Shown here: piece by piece, positions 1 through 13,289 of the stretch
Layout of the letters: the number at the start of each line of letters is the position of its first letter
How positions within the stretch are numbered: position 1 is the first letter of the stretch
Assembly (NCBI RefSeq): GCF_004010195.1
Contig: NC_057710.1
Coordinates: 74,126,257 to 74,190,256 of the forward strand
Direction: 5' to 3'
Origin: Chiloscyllium plagiosum
Lineage: Eukaryota
Length of the DNA: 64,000 nt
Program-made: the position numbers and the translations under genes
Notes under the pieces: generated by a model
What the model saw: only the letters and a program-made list of their open reading frames with translations
Databases searched by the model: none
Told to the model about the DNA's origin: nothing

Positions 1-937
1 TACTGTTAACCCTGTATTCCGCATTCTTATTTGTCTTTCCAAAATGGACAACCTCACACTTGTCAGGGTTGAACTCCATCTGCCACTCCTCAGCCCAGCT
101 TTGCATCATATCTAAGTCCCTTTGCAGCCGACAACAGCCCTCCTCACTATCCACAACTCCACCAATCTTCGTATCGTCTGCAAATTTACTGACCCACCCT
201 TCGACTCCCTCTTCCAAGTCATTAATAAAAATTACGAACAGGAGAGGACCCAGAACTGATCCCTACGGAACTCCACTTTTAACTGGGCTCCAGGCTGAAT
301 ATTTACCATCTACCACCACTCTCTGACTTCGACCGGTTAGCCTGTTCTCTATCCAACTGGCCAAATTTCCCACTATCCCATGCCTCCTGACTTTCCGCAT
401 AAGCCTATCATGGGGAACCTTATCAAATGCCTTACTAAAATCCATGTACATTACATTCACTGCTCTACCCTCATCACATGCTTGGTCACCTCCTCAAAGA
501 ATTCAATAAGACTTGTAAGGCAAGACCTACTCCTCACAAATCCGTACTAGCTGTCCCTAATCAAGCAGTGTCTTTCCAGATACTCATAAATCCTATCCCT
601 CAGTACCCTTTCCATTACTTTGCCTACCACCGAAGTAAGACTAACTGGCCTGTAATTCCCGGAATTAACCCTATTCCCTTTTTTGAACAGGGGCACAACA
701 TTCGCCACTCTCCAGTCCCCTGGTACCACCCCCGTTGACAGTGAAGACGAAAAGATCATTGCCAATGGCTCTGCAATTTCCTCTCTTGCTTCCCACATAA
801 TCCTAGGATATATCCCGTCAGGCCCGGGGGACTTGTCTATCCTCAAGTTTTCCAAAATGCCCAACACATCTTCCTTCCTAACAAGTATCTCGTCTAGCTT
901 ACCAGTCCATTTCATACTCTCCTCTTCAACAATACGG
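1..937 (-). mobile_element. CR1-clade LINE ORF2 reverse transcriptase fragment (5'-truncated, frameshifted; continues off the window)
   Basis: Minus ORFs 547..915 (KSPGPDGIYPR..W..ANVVPLFKKG..NYRPVSLTS) and 263..460 (YMDFSKAFDKVPH..SGVP); WQMEFNPDKCEVVHFG near position 1-90. Confidence 0.92.
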
Positions 938-1568
938 TCATTTATCTCAAGAGGGTTGGAATATAAAAACAGCGATGGGCTGCTGAGACTTTATAAAGCT
1001 CTGGTTAGGCCCCATTTGGAGTACTGTGTCCAGTTTTGGGCCCCACACCTCAGGAGGGACATACTGGCACTGGAGCGTGTCCAGCGGAGATTCTCACAGA
1101 TGATCCCTGGAATGGTAGGTCTAACATACGAGGAATAGCTGAGGATCCTGGGATTGTATTCATTGGAGTTTAGAAGGTTGAGGGGAGATCTAATAGAAAC
1201 TTACAAGATAATACATGGCTTGGAAAGGGTGGACACTAGGAAATTATTTCCGTTAGGTGGGGAGACTAGGACCCGTGGGCACAGCCTTAAAATTAGAGGG
1301 GTTCAATTCAGAACAGAAATGCGGAGACATTTCTTCAGCCAGTGAGTGGTGGGCCTGTGAAATTCATTGCCACGGAGTGCAGTGGAGGCCGAGACCTTAA
1401 ATGTCTTCAAGGCAGAGATTGATAAATTCTTGATGTCACAAGGAATTAAGGGTTACGGGGAGATTGCGGGTAAGTGGAGTTGAAATGCCCATCAGCCATG
1501 ATTGAATGGCGGAGTGGACTCGATGGGCCGAATGGTCTTACTTCCACTCCTATGTCTTATGGTCTTAT
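938..1568 (+). mobile_element. CR1 LINE 3' end (ORF2 C-terminus plus 3' UTR)
   Basis: LYKALVRPHLEYCVQFWAP..LERVQRRF and SLEFRRLRGDLIETYKI; ends in a (TCTTATG)-type tail; closely matches 15898-16527. Confidence 0.92.
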
Positions 1569-1569
1569 T

Positions 1570-2620
1570 TCATAGAATGGCTGCTGAGTATTCGTCACAG
1601 GGAGGCCAAACACCCAGAAGTCTTGGTCTATGTTGGTATTAACAACATAGGTAGGAAGGGGGATGTGGGAACTTAGTTAGAAAATTAGCAAGCAGAACCT
1701 CTGAAGTAGTAATCTCTGGATGAATCCCAGTGTCATATGCAAGTGAGTACAGAAACAGGAAAAGAAGACAGCACGGCTGGAAAGATGGTGTAGTAGGGAG
1801 GGCCTTACTTTCCTGGGACATTGAAATTGGCTCTGGAGGAGATGGCACCTGTATACACTGGATGAGTTGCATTGAACAGAACCAGAGTTGAGTGCTGTTG
1901 AAAAGGTCTAAACTAATTCAGCAATTTGTGGGAACCAGAAGAGAACATTAGAAAGAGATACCAGTGCATTCAAAATGGTGCATGAGGCAGATAGTACTGG
2001 CATGGTTAATATGTTAAGTAGTGGAATCGCACTAAGGAAGAAAGTAATCAAGTCTAAATCAGGGTTATATTGAATGTATGTGAATGCATACAGTACTGTC
2101 ATAAGACTGGGGATTTTCAGACACAGATTGTCTTGTGGGATTGTGGTGATAAATAAGACCTCATTCAAGGAAGGACAGATTTGAACGTTGATATTTCTGA
2201 TTACATGGTGTTCAGAAAGATAGGAAAGGCAAAACAAAAGGAGTGGGGTTTTGTTTTAATGCTTAACAAGAGCATTGCAGTATTGGAGAAAGAGGATGTT
2301 TCAAAGGGTTCAAGGACAGAAGCGATTTGGCTACAACTAAGGAATAAGAAAAGTGTAATTACATTGCTCGGTATAATTTATAAGTCAACAGCTAATGGGA
2401 AGGATGCAGGGAAATGAAGAGAGGTGTAAAGATCATCGAGTAGTTATAAACGGGGTAGCTTTTATTACCCATGTATTGACTGGCATAATGGTAGTGCAAG
2501 AGGCAGTGAGGCACAGGTACTCCGAGATTGTGTTCACGGGAATTTCTTACAGCAGTATGTGTCCAGTCTAAGAAAGAGCAATGCTGGACATGGTTCTTAG
2601 GAATGTGATGGGCTCAGTGA
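1570..2620 (+). mobile_element. Old decayed CR1 (ORF1 esterase remnant plus APE endonuclease remnant)
   Basis: VLVYVGINNIG-like and VISG..WC.REG..F.GH-like segments at about 1610-1830; ORF 2181..2417 (YMVFRK..EAIWLQLRNKK..TLLGIIY) resembles CR1 endonuclease. Confidence 0.7.
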
Positions 2621-2659
2621 ATCAAAAAAAGGAAGTGGAAAATGTAGAGAACACTGGAG

Positions 2660-3040
2660 CAAGGGAGGCTGAGGGGTGAGCTCCAGGGGGTTGTAAAATC
2701 AGGAGGGCCATGGATAAGGTAAATAGCAAAGGTCTTTCCCTTAGGGAGGACAGCTCAAAACTAGAGGGCATTATTTTAATGTGAGAAGGGAAAGCTTTAA
2801 AGGGGACACGAGGGGCAATGTTTTCACACAGAGGGTGGTTCATATGTGGAATAACTGCCAGACAAAGTGGTAGATGCAGGAACAGTTCAATATTTAAAAG
2901 ACATTTGGACAGGTACATGAATAGGAAAGGTTTAGAGGGACATGGGCCAAACACAGGCAAGTGGGACTAGTTTAGTTTGGGAAACTTGGTCAGCATGGAT
3001 GAGTTGGACCAAAGGATATGTTTCTGTGCTGTATGAGCCC
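2660..3040 (+). mobile_element. CR1 3' terminal fragment
   Basis: ggaggctgaggggtga..actagagggcat..ttcacacagagggtggt..gttggaccaaagg; homologous to 60270-60660. Confidence 0.8.
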
Positions 3041-3189
3041 ATTGAAGACTTAAAATAACAGTAGAAAATGACATTGGTCAATCCAGAGGAAGAATAATGA
3101 ACTGGTAGGGAGTGCTCTTAAATTGGGCGAGAACAGCTAGGAATCAAGGGTTGGCACAAAAAGCAGTAGCCAAACAATGGGCTTTCTGT

Positions 3190-3900
3190 TCCTTCACCAG
3201 CTCCATTCCACCTTTCATCATTGCTTTACTATTGACATACCTGTAGAGGATTTTGGGATTTTTTTAATGTCAGTTGCCAGTATCTTTTTATTCTTTTTCC
3301 TTGTTTCTCTTATTTGCTTTCACACCACACCTCTGAAAATTCAACATATCGGTGGATTCTCTTCTTTATCATAATTTCCATTTTCTTTGTCATCCAGGGA
3401 GCTGTGATTTTGTTTGCCTCCATTTTCGCTTTAAAAGGAAGTACCTTGACTATGTCTGAATCATCTCTTATTTGATGGTGGTCCACTGTTCAGCTACTGT
3501 TTCTCCCGCCAACCTTTACCTCCAATTTATTCAACCAGGATCAATTCTTAGTCCACTAAAATTGGATTTCATCCAATTAATTATTCTTATTCTGGAATTT
3601 TCATTATCATTGCCATAGTCATCCTAAACCTTACAAAACAGTGATTATTATCATTTACATGTTCTCTTACTGTCACTTGTTCTACTTAGCCTATCTCATT
3701 CCCAAGAATTAGTCCAGAACTCTCTCCTTAATCAATGCACTGATAACATCCTGCTGTAGAAAATTGTCCTGAACATTCTCCAGAAGGTCTTGCTGGTCTC
3801 CACCCATTTGTATTACAAATTATATGAATACAGACCTGTAAAGTTCTTTATTATAAGTAATTCATAACTTTTGCACCCCTCTCTAATTTCCTTATTCTTC
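3190..3900 (-). mobile_element. Decayed CR1 endonuclease/linker fragment
   Basis: Reverse complement gives the RF.M...IINW.K.NF.G-like linker seen in the other CR1 copies; many stops. Confidence 0.5.
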
Positions 3901-3929
3901 TACATCCTTGCCATTAGTTGGTTGTTGCT

Positions 3930-4360
3930 GTGGGATACTCAATGAACACAGTCCACCGATTTCTCAGCAACAAACCCAAACAAGCAGACAAAATGCGTCC
4001 AGAAACCCTAGCCACTCTCCCGTACATCAAAGACACCTCGGAAATGACTGCCAGACTACTCAGACCCCTTGGCATTATGGTCGCCCACAAACTCACCAAC
4101 ACACTAAAACAGCAGCTAACGAACTTGAATGACCCTATACAGATAACAAGCAAAACTAATGTCATTTACAAATACCCGTGCAAGGACTGTAACAAATGCT
4201 ACATTGGACAAACAGGCAGAAAATTAGCGACCAGGATACATGAACATCAACTAGCCACAAAGCGACATGACCCTCTCTCACTAGAATCCTTGCACACAGA
4301 TAAGGAAGGACACCACTTCGACTGGGACAACACATCCATCCCAGGACAATCCAAACAAAT
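3930..4360 (+). mobile_element. Penelope-like element (Poseidon-like) GIY-YIG endonuclease fragment
   Basis: ORF 3918..4523: TLPYIKDTSE..NVIYKYPCKDCNKCYIGQTGRKLATRIHEH..H..HHFDWDNTSI. Confidence 0.88.
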
Positions 4361-4674
4361 CCAAGTGAATCATCCTCAACATCATTCAGAACAGAATACT
4401 GTTTGGAATGAAGATGCATTCAGAGGCTGCCCTTTGTACGGCCTACTGGTTACAAATTTCTTCTCTCCTTGCATATTCTTAAACTGCAGAGCAACCACAT
4501 CTAAAAGCCTGCTATCCACGTAGAAGGGCAGCTGTGCTCATTCATGGACAGGATTGCTGTGCTAGGGGGGATGGGGCCACTATGTTTGAGTGAGGGGCAT
4601 TGCTGTGGACCTGGGACAGGAGCAATATCAGAGCCTGTAATGTCTGTCCCGGCTTGGCAGGAACACTGTGAAAT

Positions 4675-4920
4675 TGCAAAAACAGAAATTGCAACAGAAG
4701 CTCAGCAGGTCTGCCAGCATCTATGGAGTGAAAGCAGGGTTAACGGTTTGAATCCAGTGACGCTCCTTCAGATCTGATAGTCGCTGGAAATAGGTGATAT
4801 TTCTGCGGAATACAGGGAAGGGTGGGTGGGTGGTTGCGGGGGGGGGGGGGGGGGAGGTGGTAAGGAGTGAATGGGCAGGTGGAGATGGAGCCCAGAGAGA
4901 GAGAAAACAACATTTAAGCT
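4675..4920 (-). mobile_element. Penelope-like element 3'/pLTR remnant with degenerate hammerhead
   Basis: Reverse complement: tctgaaggagcgtcactggattcaaaccgtta..agatgctggcagacctgctgagcttctg; similar to 29405-29500. Confidence 0.55.
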
Positions 4921-6329
4921 GATTGGATTGGACTTGTAACTGATGCTGACTGACTCCAGGTCCCTCTTTCAACTTGCTCTGACTGCTTCCGGGTTATCAA
5001 GTGATGAATGAGAAATCAATATCCTTCTGACAAGAGACTGTAGCATCCTTCACTTTTCTTTCATGTGGAGTATCACCTCAAACAATAAATAAAAGCTAAA
5101 AGACCTTTTATCATTGGTGGAAATTCCAGCTGAACAACCTGAAAATGCTCTTAGTAACCTTTGTTGTAAATAATTTAACACTTGCATTTTTACAGCACTT
5201 TACCAAGATCAGAAATTTCCATGCTAAGCACTTTTCATAAAAAAAATTTCTGAAGTAGTTAGGATTTTCTTGTGAATCCCTACGTGAATAATTCTGCAAA
5301 CATAAAGAGTGGTAGCACAAAATGGAAATGACAAGGTCTGCATGCAACAAGGAATAAGTGTTAAGTTGGAAATTTGATACAGGTGGGAATTCGATGCAGG
5401 GGAGAAGGATGTGCTGCTTTTTGCACCTTCCTTAGCCTCCAGTAACTGCAAGGAAATTAACTAAATTAGCAGATAGACGATAGTTCAGTGTCTTTTAAAG
5501 TTTCATCGCTCTAATCAAGAGCAGTAATTTACATGAGTATTTGGGAGATAGAAATATTATTTTAAATTTATTGCTCAACTGGTAAAGGTGCTTAATATAA
5601 CTATAGATATGTAATCCAATATTTCTATACTTGAAATCAAATACTTTAAAAAAAATTAGATGGCTGAGTGGGTGATGTGTTGCAGCTGTAGCATGTAGGT
5701 GCTGATGGACATTAGTACGATCAATAGCAAACACAGCTGTAATAAGTGTCTGCAAGCCGAGGAACATTGTATCAAAGTACAGTTAAGGCTTTGGATACTA
5801 TGAAACATCAGGGAGGGGAAAGTTTACCTTGACATTTTGCTTTAGGAGGCTAGGCTCACACCCTATTTGCTAGGTACTCCTAATTAGATCTCTCATCAAG
5901 GACAGGTTGGTGCGACTGCTAACGAGATAGTTATCGGGTACCAACAATATTGAAATTCTTGTAGATGAAACTAAGTACTGCTACTTGGATGAACAAAGTG
6001 AATAAGGGACAGAGCAGATGAACATAAGAGTGTATGAGCAAAATATTCAGACTGGGAATAAATGACTTCAAACTGATTAAGGTGAAGGATGGTTCATTTG
6101 AAGGGAGGTTTAGGAATCCAAAGATAAAAGTTGAGGGCCAATAGAAAACTATATTGATGTGATTAAAGATAAGCTGTGTGGAATGGTAATAGCGCAAAGT
6201 GTAAGGACTATGTAGGAGCAGTGGTGACAAAATAATACAGAAGTCCCTTTACCTGAATGCAAAAAAAAGCACTGCTATTCAAGAAGGAGGGAAGAAAACA
6301 GAGAGCTGCCAGTCAGATAACCTGACATT

Positions 6330-6520
6330 AGTGATCTGAAAACTGATGGAACCTATTATTGGGAACATCTTAACATGTACTTATAAAAACAGAGAATGGA
6401 TAGAACAAAGAAACATAGTTTTATGAAAGGAAGATCCTGTTTGAAAGTTTTATCAGAACTTTTGGAAGATATAAGTAGTAGGGTTGATTAAGGGAAACTA
6501 TTGGATGAAGTGTACTTGTG
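6330..6520 (+). mobile_element. Decayed CR1 RT fragment
   Basis: FMKGRSCL..ELLEDISSRVD..LDEVYL-like translation. Confidence 0.55.
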
Positions 6521-7549
6521 ACCCTTGCCATCCCCATTCATTTTCTATGTCATCCCAGAACTGGTCACTGTTCAAACCTGATGCTATTAGGACTGCGAAG
6601 CTGTCAGCATGAGTCAATTAAGTGTAAAATGGCTGTAGGACAGTAGCTTTATTGTGGACTTAGTAAACACAGAACCACATACAATCCAGTCCATGAAAAA
6701 GTATCCTGCAATACATCATAAACAATCGCAGAGTACCTCTGCAAGTCTTTCCTTCAAAATTGTCTTTGATTCATCTGTATAAGAGATGTCTTAATCTTTA
6801 TTTCTGTGAATGCACAGATTTTTATGTAGAAACATGGAAACACAGGTGGGAAGATCCACAAATATATATTTTAAAGAAAGGTCTTTGTAAAGCATATATT
6901 TTGTGTGAGTTCAGTTATTCCCGTGCGCTTGATGAGTATCAATTTGTTAGCACATACCACCACCAATTGTAACAATTTTGACATTGATAGATTAGTTAAT
7001 GGGTAATGACAATTAAAGATTGATACAAATACTGAAGACAGAAATTGACAGAAATAAACAGAGACGCAGATAGAATATCAGTTTTGTCACTATAAGAAAA
7101 ATTGCACAAAGACCAAATTGTTGTTCAAGTACACTCTTGTGGATGCTTTCAATTCATCACCTCAAATTGCTTCCATGAATAACACTGACAGATCAGTAAT
7201 CATCATTCTTTCTTTTGTTTACGTATGTTAAAATTGGCTTTCAAAATGACTCAGGTTTAGATGGTAAAAAAATCTGTAAATGTACTGCAAAGCAGTTCAA
7301 GTTGCTGTTTTAGCAATGTAATATGAAGATTTCATGTGACCAGCGTCACTCATTACTGAAATCCTTGTGAAAAAACAACTTTTAGTATGACTGTATAGAA
7401 CTTTCAGCATCATCATTAAATTTACTGATAGCTTTGTTTAATCACTAGAAATACAATTACACTGTCAAAATAATTAAGACACTCTATGGCTGTACAGAAT
7501 ATAAACTTAAAAATTTCAGAGTGCAATTTTACTACATAAAAAAACATGT

Positions 7550-7960
7550 GTACATATATAGCACATTTAATGCAGCAAACTAATACAAAGTGCTTAACAG
7601 CAATAGTAATGGAATAAGTTCAAAATAACCAATACAAAGCTTTGATAATTTTGATACCAAAGTGCAGAAAGAGGTGTCAATACAGATAGCCAAAAATCAT
7701 CAAAGGTTTAAGGAGCATCTTAAAGAAAGGAGCTAAAGAAGTGGAGAGGCATGCAGAGAGAATTCCAGCTGAAAACACAGCCACCAATGATAGACAGGAA
7801 AACTAAATAACTGATATCGAGACGACCAGTATTGGAAGAATGGAGAGTTCTTGAACGTTTGTAGTTAGTCACAGAGCGAAGGAAGGGCAAAGCCATAGAG
7901 AGATTGAAAAATTGAAGTGTTGTTGGACCAGGAACCAGTGGACCAGTGACTAGTGGCAAT
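7550..7960 (-). mobile_element. Old LINE (L2-like) 3' remnant
   Basis: tatatagcacatttaa..aaagtgcttaacag..gataccaaag..aaggtttaaggagcatcttaaag; same pattern at 34715-35270. Confidence 0.35.
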
Positions 7961-8519
7961 CTGAAAATAATAGCCTATATTTTGTTTGATACTTCATAAT
8001 CTCTCAAAGCTGAGTCAGTCAAAATAAAATCAAAAACCTTCGTGATTCAGTTGCAAAGCATGAAAACTTGGACCAAATGTCTGAACTCCATTAAATAAAA
8101 TGTAAATGAACAAAACTTTGACTCATCAGATCCCGCTTATGGTATTTAGTGAATAAGTGATTTCATTTGTTTAAAACGTGGATTAATATGATAAGAATAA
8201 GATCATAGATGCCCATGCAATAGGTTGGATGCCTTTGATTTTCCAACAATCAGTTGAAAGTGCTATTTCACTGAATCAATTATTGTATCCTTTGTTTTAT
8301 ATTATCTGTTCAGTTCTTCCAATCAAGATGCTCCCCTTCATACTGGTCTATATTGAGCATCGTGTACCATCTATCTGCCCACTCTATCTCCATCTAATTG
8401 AAAAACAAACGTGAAATTTAAAATCTTTTCTTGCCCTTTTTATATAATTTCATGCCTTTGATTTCAAACCGTTCCTTGATGACACGGAACCATAATCATC
8501 TCAAGGTTAACTTGGGGAA

Positions 8520-8795
8520 GTTTTTTATTCATTCTTAGGATGAAGGTGTTGCTGGCTAGGCCAGCACTTATTGCCCTTCATTAATTGCTTAGAGGAAAGT
8601 TAAGAGTCAACCACCGAAAGTCGATATTAATAATAAATGAGTGATGCTGGTCATCAGTAGACTCTCATCTCCAGATTTTTATTGAATTCACATCTGCTGA
8701 GGATTGTGTGGGATTCAAACCTGGGTTCCCAGAACATTATGTGGGTCTCTAGATTAATAGTGCAATAATTACACTACTAGGCCATGCCTCCCCTT
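8520..8795 (-). mobile_element. tRNA-headed DeuSINE-like element (internally deleted)
   Basis: Reverse complement starts gggaggcatggcctagtagtgt..ggtttgaatccc (A/B boxes) and ends gggcaataagtgctggcc..gaatgaataaaa; homologous to 33165-33520. Confidence 0.6.
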
Positions 8796-10030
8796 GCAGA
8801 AAAATGTGGTAGCATAGATAGTAGTTCATGGGCCACTCATTAATAAACTTGCTTTCAGCTACTAGCTAAAGTTTTGTACCATTTTTTCTAACATTGAATT
8901 GGATATTAGTCACTCCCTGATCCTCAAATTATATGTCAACGTCATCTGGCCTTTCACCAGCTCTTTTTTGGTCCTTTCAAATTGAGCATCTGCCATTAAT
9001 CATGGAATTCACAGAAGTTATTCAATTTATGGGTTATATGCACATGAAACACTTCAGTCATTATTCTCACCAATGCATATAGATTCCAGACTTTATTCCA
9101 TTTCCTAATGGCAAATAGAACATTTTATTTTCTTAACATGATTTTCATTCTTCTTCAATTCGGAAAGTGGTTTTGCATAATATTAAATAGTTGTCTTGCA
9201 GTTCCTACATTCTTAAATCTTAGAATTGCAATGACCAAGGTGAATGATTCTATTGATGTATTGAACTGCTATCAATCTATTAATGTTTCAGAGTGAACTA
9301 TTTTCTTTACCTTGGCATTTAGTTTTAGTTCTAATGTTCTTACTGCTCACTGATTGTAATATCTGCTAAAATAAAAAAACTTTGCTTACTTTGCAGTTAT
9401 TGTGTCATCAAGATATTGGAAGGATTGGAAGGAAGAAAACAGGAGTAGGCTGAAAAATGCCGACTAGTCTATGTTTTTGAATCAATATTTCCGAATCTAT
9501 CATGTGACGATACTATGACTTTAAGAGGTGTATTTTGTCCTGGCTTTTTTTATAAAGGGCGAGTTAAGACAGAGATACTGAGCAGTCTGTTCCAAGTCAA
9601 CAAAGTAAACAGCTTGTGAGGTCTTGGCTTTCTATATTAAAGGTGGAACAATGGTAGCAGCTTGAATGGGTGGAGTCAGACTCCCACAGAACCAGATTTT
9701 AAGTTAGATGTCAGTTGTTGTGTTTTTTGAAATTGGCTGTGGAAGCAGGTTCACCTCTCTCTGCTACATCAAAGTTCTCTCTGTCTACCAAAATTTTCTC
9801 TTGATATTGCTTCCTCTTGGACTGGAGAAATAATGCATGTAAGATAATCTATTTTACTGTATTTGTCTTTGCCAAAGGTGTGTTTATAGGATACTACTCT
9901 AATGAAACAGTTGCTATTTACTAATTAAGTAATCTATTATTCTCTTAAGTTTTCCAATAGAGTTAAAGTTAGATCAATTCTTCTTTCTTTTGTTTATATT
10001 TTATCTGTAGAGTAAGATTATTTTGCTATT

Positions 10031-10096
10031 GAAGGGCTTATGCCGAAACATCAAATCTCCTGCTCCTTGGATGCTGCCTGACCTGCTGTGCTTTTC
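10031..10096 (+). mobile_element. Truncated Penelope pLTR fragment
   Basis: gaagggcttatgccgaaacatc..ctcctgctccttggatgctgcctgacctgctgtgctttt; lacks the CTGA start. Confidence 0.7.
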
Positions 10097-10227
10097 TAGC
10101 GTCACACTCTTCAACTGCTTTGCTTGAGGCTGAGTAGTGTAACCAATCGAATTACATCTGGAACTCAGCATCTTGCCTTTAAATAAGAAAAAGTTAGGAT
10201 CTAGGTGATCTTCTTCATATAGTTGAA

Positions 10228-10687
10228 GGCCACCCCCTCATTCCTGAAGAAGAGCGTATGCTTGAAACATCAATTCTCCTGCTCCTCCAATGCTGCTTGA
10301 CCAGCTGTGCTTTTCCAGCACCACACTCTTCAACTCTGATCTCCAGCATCTGCAGTCCTCACTTTCTCCCAGTTGATTGTAACCTTAATGTGAAGCGTCT
10401 TCCAAGGATGCCTACCTTGAAGATGGTCTCCTTCCTCTACAAGGATCTCAGTAAGTCTCTCTCTCTCTCTCTCTCTCACTGCACCATTCCCAGCTACCTT
10501 CCCCCCAGCCCCACTCCCCTCCCATTTATCTCTCAGCCTCCATTGGCCACCCCCTCATTCCTGATGAAAATCTTATGCTCGAAATGTCAATTTTCCTGCT
10601 CCTTGGATGCTGCCTGACTGGCCATGCTTTTCCAGCGCCACACTCTTCGACTCTGATCTCCAGCAACTGCAGCGCTCACTTTCTCCC
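10228..10687 (+). mobile_element. Miniature Penelope-derived element with two ~143-bp direct repeats, each with a decayed hammerhead core
   Basis: 10228-10370 resembles 10545-10687; CTGAAGA at 10244 and CTGATGA at 10561; flanks atatagttgaagg / atatttgaagg. Confidence 0.75.
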
Positions 10688-10739
10688 ATATTTGAAGGGA
10701 GTTTGTTCTGGTCCTTAACAACCACTATTTAAATAATAG

Positions 10740-11280
10740 TCTGCCATTCTGTTTTTCCTAACTTCACACTTAGCCATGTTGTACTGCAGCGAAAGTGAGT
10801 TCTGCAGATGCTGGAGATTAGAACCAATTAGAGATTATACTGCATGCCATATATTTCCCATTTGATCACCTTGTCTAAAGTTCCTTGAAGTCTCTTTACA
10901 TTTTCCTTGCCACTCATAATTGTTCCTAGTTTTGTGGCATCAGCACTGTTAAAAATTCTACATTTGGCTCCCTCGTTGATACCTATTCTGAATAGCTGGG
11001 CCCAAGTTGTGATCTTGGTAATAGCACACTAGTCCCTGCCTTCCATTCCAAAAAAAATCTACCCACCAATTCATATTCTTTGTTCCCTCTCTGATAACTA
11101 GTACTCAGCCCGTGCCAGGATATTATCACCATCCCACCTATTTTATTTTGTATACTAACTTCTCAGATAGGACATTATCAAATGTTTTCTGAAAGTCCAA
11201 ATACAACACATCCACTGGCTGTCCCTTATCTACATTACACGTTCCATTCTCAAAAAAATTTCTCAAAGGTTTGTCAATTT
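10740..11280 (-). mobile_element. Decayed CR1 RT fragment
   Basis: Reverse complement contains DVLYLDFQKTFDNV-like and F.DATKLG-like segments. Confidence 0.6.
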
Positions 11281-13289
11281 AAGATGAGTGGGAGCTGAGT
11301 GAGATGGGAATGAGATATAAAGAACTTTGTTGGGAGTGGATGGGCTGCATTCGAATCACAGGGATTTGAACTAAAATGTGTGGCCCCACAGAAATACAGG
11401 TAATTTCAATTGATTCAGGATTCTTGTTCTCTTTATTTCCTTGCTTTTGCTTTCTAAATTAGAACATTTATTTAAACTAAGTGACAGGAAATTGCGTTTT
11501 TTAATTCATCCATTGAACATGGGTATCAGTGGCTGGGTCAACATTCATTACTCATTCCTAATTGCCTTGGAGAAGGCAATACTGAGCTGTTGTTCTTGAA
11601 TTGTTGCAGTGCTTAGAGTGTCGGAACACCTACAATACTGTTAGCAAAAAAAGTATGTGAATTGTTAATTAGAGTATAAACTCAGAACAGCAGTTCAGTT
11701 GACTAGAAACTTCCACAGAATGGAAGATAATTTCACAAGTGTGGGAATTTTGAGAGTTGAAAGCAAAAGGTACCACTTATATATATGAAAGAATGGTAAA
11801 GAAATAGGGTTAAACTAAGATTATGAGCTAAGTTACAGAAAATTACTAAAACAAAGAACAATATCTAATAAATTAAAGAATATTGTTACCAAAATTAAAA
11901 AGAGTAAATGAACAATTGAATGATATTTTAAAATTTAAAACCTAATTTAATATTATAGACATGGCGGGTGATATGTTGCCGCTATAGCAAGTGACGAAAT
12001 AAGTAAGATCCACAGCAACTAAATTTATAGTAATTGACTGCAGCTTGACATACTTTGGCTCAGAGTTGATTTTTCTCATCTCTAATTCCAGGGACAGCAA
12101 AACCACCCAAACTCTTCACTGGCTGAGATTACTTAGATCACACGTAAATTCTGGGATTTTCTGCTTTAGATATTTTGGCATGTTACTTGATGTGGGCCTT
12201 TACTATTTGGCTACAGAGGAGTATTTTTGAATATTTTGAACAAATTATGATTAAACTAAATTTATGACAGATTTGTTATAATAAGTGGGTTATATTCATA
12301 GTAGATGAGTCTCCAGAGATCAGGGTGGCATTGTACCATAGATTTACCAATTTTCATTTTCTCCATCCAATGTGTACCACTGAACTGTGCAAAAGATTTC
12401 GTGGGCTGAATTTTGCCAGAAATTTGCTCAGGGTCAATATTGGTGTGTTTCATGGAAGATTTTTCTCTGTGGCCATTAACGAGATTTCTCATGCAATCTT
12501 GCAAAACTCAGTTTGTTACATTTACACTATCCCCTATGGCACCCTGTTCATTATATCCTCTCTCTCGCCACAAGTGAAATGACTCACCACTGCCTGGATT
12601 TCCTGGCACCGGTGCCATATTTAAACCACAGATGTACATCAGGTGAAGAGCTGTCAGAACACTGAACAGGATCATTGAAAAATTCTGCAGAGCATGGCTT
12701 CCAAGGTGCAATGGAGGTTTAAATAGATACTTGATATCTGTCTTTACCCCAGAATACCTTGTTCCACAACTCTTAATGCAATGTGCAGTTGACTGTAAAA
12801 TTCTAAGTACCAAAGCAGATATGGATATAATGTTGGGAAAAAAAATGTTCAGAACTCCTCAATGTCTGAATAGCATTTATCTAAGCATGATCCAAATCAA
12901 TGAGTGTGTGCTCAGTGAGCCACATGCTCTTATATTTAACATTTGACCAGGTTAAGGTTGTTCCAATGGTCTAAGTACAAGTTAAAGTGTCCGTATTTCA
13001 GAAGGGCAGCAGAGGTCAAAACTTGGGATGGGAATGTGGCTCACAATGTGTCCCACTTGCAGCAAAGAGCTAGAGTACATTAGATGTTTTACCCTTTCCA
13101 TCACAAGCCATCGAACTGTTGACTAACATATCAGCTCTCGCAATGAGTTTGTATTTACTGCAAGTTTTCAAAACGAAGCCAGCCGAGTTTCTGACTTTGG
13201 CTGATAACACAGCACACTAACGGAGTCCCTTAAAAAGGGACTTACCTCGGCACTTAGGCCTCCATTTTTACAGAGTGTCGAGGAGAGAG

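Larger units (their letters stand above)
9503..10720 (+). mobile_element. Solo LTR (TG...CA) interrupted by Penelope-derived inserts
   Basis: Starts TGTGA, ends TAACA; flanks atca/acca; collinear homology to 54880-55324 on the minus strand; strand assigned provisionally. Confidence 0.55.
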
